A stretch of DNA of 64,000 nucleotides from Nageia nagi (Eukaryota > Plantae > Pinophyta), in assembly GCA_050084985.1 (NCBI GenBank), contig JBITNC010000001.1, positions 202,740,001 to 202,804,000 of the forward strand, read 5' to 3'. A program made the translations under genes and the position numbers. Shown here one piece after another: positions 59,331 to 64,000 of this stretch. How positions within the stretch are numbered: the first letter of the stretch is position 1; every line of letters starts with the position of its first letter. The notes beneath the pieces were generated by a model. It was not told where the DNA came from, did no database searches, and saw only the letters and a program-made list of their open reading frames with translations.

Positions 59331-62299
59331 GATTATAACAATTTGGTTCAATAGAATAATTAAAATAGAAATAATTATAGAGTTCCTCAATAATAGTATC
59401 AATATTGTAGCTACAGTCCAATGCAAATGCTGATGCAAATTCCTCATGACTGGCCATGTATCCCATTCAAAGTTTGGCAATGTATAGAATGCTTCCTTCT
59501 AAATCTAGTATTGAAGATAAGTGCATAATCGAATGAATATATTGCAACTATGATTTGTTCCATTACCCTAGCTACATATAGAAATAATTATGAAACTACT
59601 GCATACAAGTTGACTGACATGTGAGGACCATATGGATGCTCCATATGGATTGCTAGAGATAACCTGTGCTTTGAAAAGGAGATATGTGCACCCATATTAG
59701 CATGTAGAAATGCTAATTTCTTGAATCGAATAAATGGAGGAGAGGAAATATAAAAGCTACCCATAATTCCTTTATTTCAAAAGAACTATTTAAAACCTTT
59801 GAGTTTAAGAATATGATCCTTATAATTTCTCCATCATCATTTAATATGAAAATGTAATTAACCATGGAGATATTTATCACCAATAGTCATAAAAATATAA
59901 AGATATTAGTAAACAACATAATATATCATTTAATTCCTATTTTAGATAAGTTTCCTATATTTAAGTGTATTTAACTATTACTATAATATCCTTTAGTATT
60001 TAATTAATGATATAATATGAATAAAAAATGAAGCATTTCCATGGCTTATGATCCCCCCAACTTAATCTATTACTGCTCCTACTGCAACCAAAAGGTCAAC
60101 ATCTACTTGTCCTAATTAAGTGCCATCCCTAAGAAATTACTAAAAATAAAACCCTCTATAGATTGATCAATTTAGCCCCCTATAATTTGCATATTCCTAT
60201 CATCAACAATCAAACTCACTCTTGTATTATTTTTAACCAAAAACTTTCATAGTATTAACATGCTCATTGAACTATTACAAACATCCTTTCACATACTTTT
60301 CCAAACTCATGTAGTCCCAATGCATCAAACCTTGGGTTTTTACCTTCATTCTTGGTATTAAAAATCTTCTTCAATTATGCTAAGTAAATAATATTGAAAT
60401 CTTAAATTTGAATCATTATCATACATCTCATCTTAATAATGAAATATGACTGCCCCATACAAACTGAATAGGGAAAAGTAACATAGTTAGACCTAAAATT
60501 ATAAGATTTGGAAGTTATTGATATAATTCTCATGCAAGTTTGAGATGATTGATATGAACCTATCAATTTTTTCAATATTTTTCAAATTGTTCATATTTTG
60601 AACTTGTTACATGCCAACATCTCAATGTGCTACCTTGCATTCCCGAAAAGTTTCTTTTCTTTTTAATACACTCAATGTCTGCAACTAAAATAAAAATGAT
60701 TATAGTGGTAGGGATGAATGTCCATATTACCTTTGCATATTAAACATTAAACTCATTCGATGACTCCTCATTTTGATAAAAATCTAGAGCCATTATATTA
60801 TGGTAGAATTTTGAAGCTACCCTGTTTTAATTTTGCACTAGTTTGGAGCTCCCTTATTTTGTCTTTTCATTATTTTGGAGCTTCCATATTATGAACATAA
60901 TTTTGGAGTTGTCTGCACAATAAAAGTTTGGAGCTTCATAGAAAGCTTTTGGAGTTATGTCTATACAAAGCATAACTTTGAAGCTACATATTTTTCTAGA
61001 GCTATGTTTGTAAAAAACATATTGTTAAACAATATGTGTGCTAATTCTACAACCCCATCATACTCATAACATTTGTTGCAAATCTCCCAAAAGCAAGTGC
61101 CTTCATAATTAAGTCCTTAAAAATAATTCACACCCTTTTCAATTTGTACATTTTGTACACAACTTATAATCATGAAATTGTAGCATTAAATATTTTTCTG
61201 TTGTGCATAAATGATTGTCATAGTTTAATCTACAACCTTTCATAATTTCTAGAGCTCATAACTTTTACCATACTTGAGATTTTTCCATGATATAAAGTTT
61301 TTCAAATAACCAGTATTGAGGAGAAGAAAACCATAAAATTTTAGAAAATTTTGGGCATTTTTGAACCTTTATTCAAGGGTTTAGAGCTCTATATAGAAAT
61401 GATAGAAAAATTTGCACCAAAGACCAAATTTATGGATGAATTACAAAAGACTCAAAAAATATTAAAGGTTGAAAATTGAACCATAGTCACTTTGAAAAAC
61501 CAAGAACATATGGTATAAATTTAGAGCATGTGAGAAAATATTTTGAAAGTTACAGACTCTACAAAATGACAAGTTCTCACTTTTTGATAGCTAGGAATTA
61601 CATAGAGAAATAATTTCATAAGCCATTTTGGAGGATGAAATGAGAGTGACCTTTAGAGAGTTAAAAGCTAAAATTTGAACCACTGATAATATATACTAAA
61701 ATCAACACATTATTCAAATTTCATGGCATTTTAACATTCAAGTTAAAATATACAAGGTCTACAAAATAACTTTTTAACACTTTTTACATAATGAGAAAAG
61801 TTTGAAAAATAATAGTTTAAGTTACTATTTTATTAAGTGCCTTAGCCCTCAAATGTGTTTGATGAAAATTTGTCTCATCCACAACTAGAACTTTAGATGA
61901 TATAGAATCCTAAAAATTTCATTTTCCAAACATACTACATGCCCAAAGCCATCTCACAAGCTTTGTTTGATATTGTTGTCTAAAAGATACAACACTTGTA
62001 AAGGCATATTGCAATTACCACATGATTTCTGAATTAAGATGCCAAGAATTACCTCTCCATGCTATCCTTATTTAATCAGGTACATGCTCTCTATAAGTTC
62101 AATAATATGCTTAAAAAAATGATGAGACAGGTGAATTGATCAAAATGAATAGCTATTGCTAATCTTTGAATATGATTAAAGCCTTATGAAACAAGTATGA
62201 TATGATTTTATATGTTCTTTTAAACCATCAATAATTATGAAAATTATCTCTTCTAGATCTTCATAAATTATAAGGATAAAATTGAATATATTGTAACTT

Positions 62300-64000
62300 G
62301 AAAGCATTGCCTACCATTTTTCAAAAGTGTTGAAATAACTTTACTAGAATTAGGCCAAAGATATCTCTATGAATAAAGGGGAGAATGTTTGAAATCAAAT
62401 TGCATTGTTCTACACAATCATGAAAACCATACTAACAACTCACTTGTTGGCATATAAACTAGCATAACCAATCATTTTATAATGCCCAACACTTCCTCCC
62501 AACATAAAAATTAGTATATCCTCATGCATACTAAAATTAGAGGAATGCTGCTAATGTATTTTATATTAGCAACCTTCACTTCTCATCTGGTTTAGAATAT
62601 GAAGTTCCTCAAAATATTATTATGAATAGGAAGATATGTGTACTAATTAGAATATACTAACATAAGTAAATTTTGAAATATATTCTAAATCAGTTTAGTA
62701 CAGATATTCTTTAGAGATTTGTTATGAAGCAAAGACTAATTTGAATTGAAATTTTTAGTAACCCTAAACCTACATTTTTCATCAATTGGCATTGATACCC
62801 ACATAACATTTTCCTACCATGTTATCAGTCAAATACACTTTCTTGAAATGTCAATATTATCAAAAGCTAATATAGTATTGATAACTTGAGTTCCTTCCTC
62901 ATAGAATAGAGTTTCAATGTAAGATTCTTCAATAGTTTTAACTATCTCAAAGTGATAAAATGTAAATCTTAAGTTCCCATAACTTTCTATGTGTAATACC
63001 AATCACCATGAAGGCTTTGTGAAAACCATAAGCTCCAAATTTATTTTTATTCAACTCAAAGAACATATTGGACATTCTATGATTTGAATGATGAGTTTTT
63101 ATCAAAGTACAAACTTTCATCAAATCATTCCTTCTTCCCCCCCAACTTAGAGGTTTTGATGCCCTCATACAAACTTAGAAATTTGTTCATTAAAATAGGA
63201 AGAGTAGGAGGAATCTAAGTGACTATTTATCCATGCTTGAATTGTTGAACAAATAAAGTGGAGATTTATTATGATATGGACACTTCATAATGACACTCAA
63301 TATTCTATAATATGATATTAGCCCAAATTTGATATAAAAATATCTCTGTGAATTCAATTATTATTGAGAAACATTAGTAATGAGATAATGCCTCCAGTAG
63401 AGAATTGAGACCCCAACAACATCTATTATTACACTATATAAGTAATAAAAATAAGATAATTCTCATGTATATGCTCTCTAACTTAGGAGCTCACTACTTT
63501 TTCAAAGCTTGTTACATCCTTATAACATCTAGTCAAATAACTCATAGACTTTGTATATTCAAACTTGTTATTTGCAAAAGTCCATTCTGAAGTATGTACA
63601 AACTCAAAATGATAAGTTTTTAATTTATCTGAATATCCCCTTCATATAATATCATATACCCTTCAAAATACTAGGTAGTTTGCTAAATAGTTGGTGACCA
63701 CTACACATGTTGATCAGGTCCTTCACAAAAAGTAATACTAGAGAAATAAGCTCTAAAGGAATCACATAATGTGTTACAACAAAGCTTACTTGAGGAAAAT
63801 TAGACAAGATTTCATCAAATAATTTACCCATTTCCTTCAAGCTACTTTTGATGTTATGGAATGGGCCAATGCTTTTAATAAGTAATCCAACTAAATAATT
63901 TACAAAAATCAAATTGAGTAAAAGCTCTTATATCTTTGAGTAATGCAACACTATCTATATTAAATATGTTATGCACTAGAATTTTTCAGAAGAGAGCTAC
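62300..64000 (-). mobile_element. Very decayed gypsy pol (RNase H/integrase) remnant
   Basis: Residual motifs such as YLTDN and GAYGFHKAFMVIG in integrase-like order; heavily mutated. Confidence 0.4.

Overview
This is eukaryotic plant nuclear DNA, almost entirely nested transposable elements. Conifer/gymnosperm origin is inferred from the style of the Gag, PPR and LINE remnants. From left to right the window holds: (1) a young, nearly intact Athila-like Ty3/gypsy element on the minus strand (5' LTR 8764-10439, tRNA-Asp PBS, gag-PR and RT-RH-INT in one frame split by a single TAG). It carries a third ORF of at least 502 codons (1506 to the window edge) that the ORF track missed. (2) This element is inserted into an old gag-PR gypsy relic with a ~3.7 kb LTR containing a ~182-bp repeat array, which in turn interrupts a decayed multi-intron hAT transposase. 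(3) L1 LINE remnants. (4) A CpG-retaining island at ~24.5-25.5 kb that looks like a small two-exon host gene encoding a single-pass membrane micro-protein. (5) A complete non-autonomous copia derivative, a complete non-autonomous CACTA element, a PMD/MAIN-like pseudogene and two tandem PLS-E PPR pseudogene copies. (6) A decayed copia, a full-length pseudogenised Sirevirus (47793-56569, TSD CATAT) nested in an older gypsy LTR, and further gypsy debris. No rRNA, tRNA or CRISPR was found. All family assignments come from motif recognition by eye; no database search was run.
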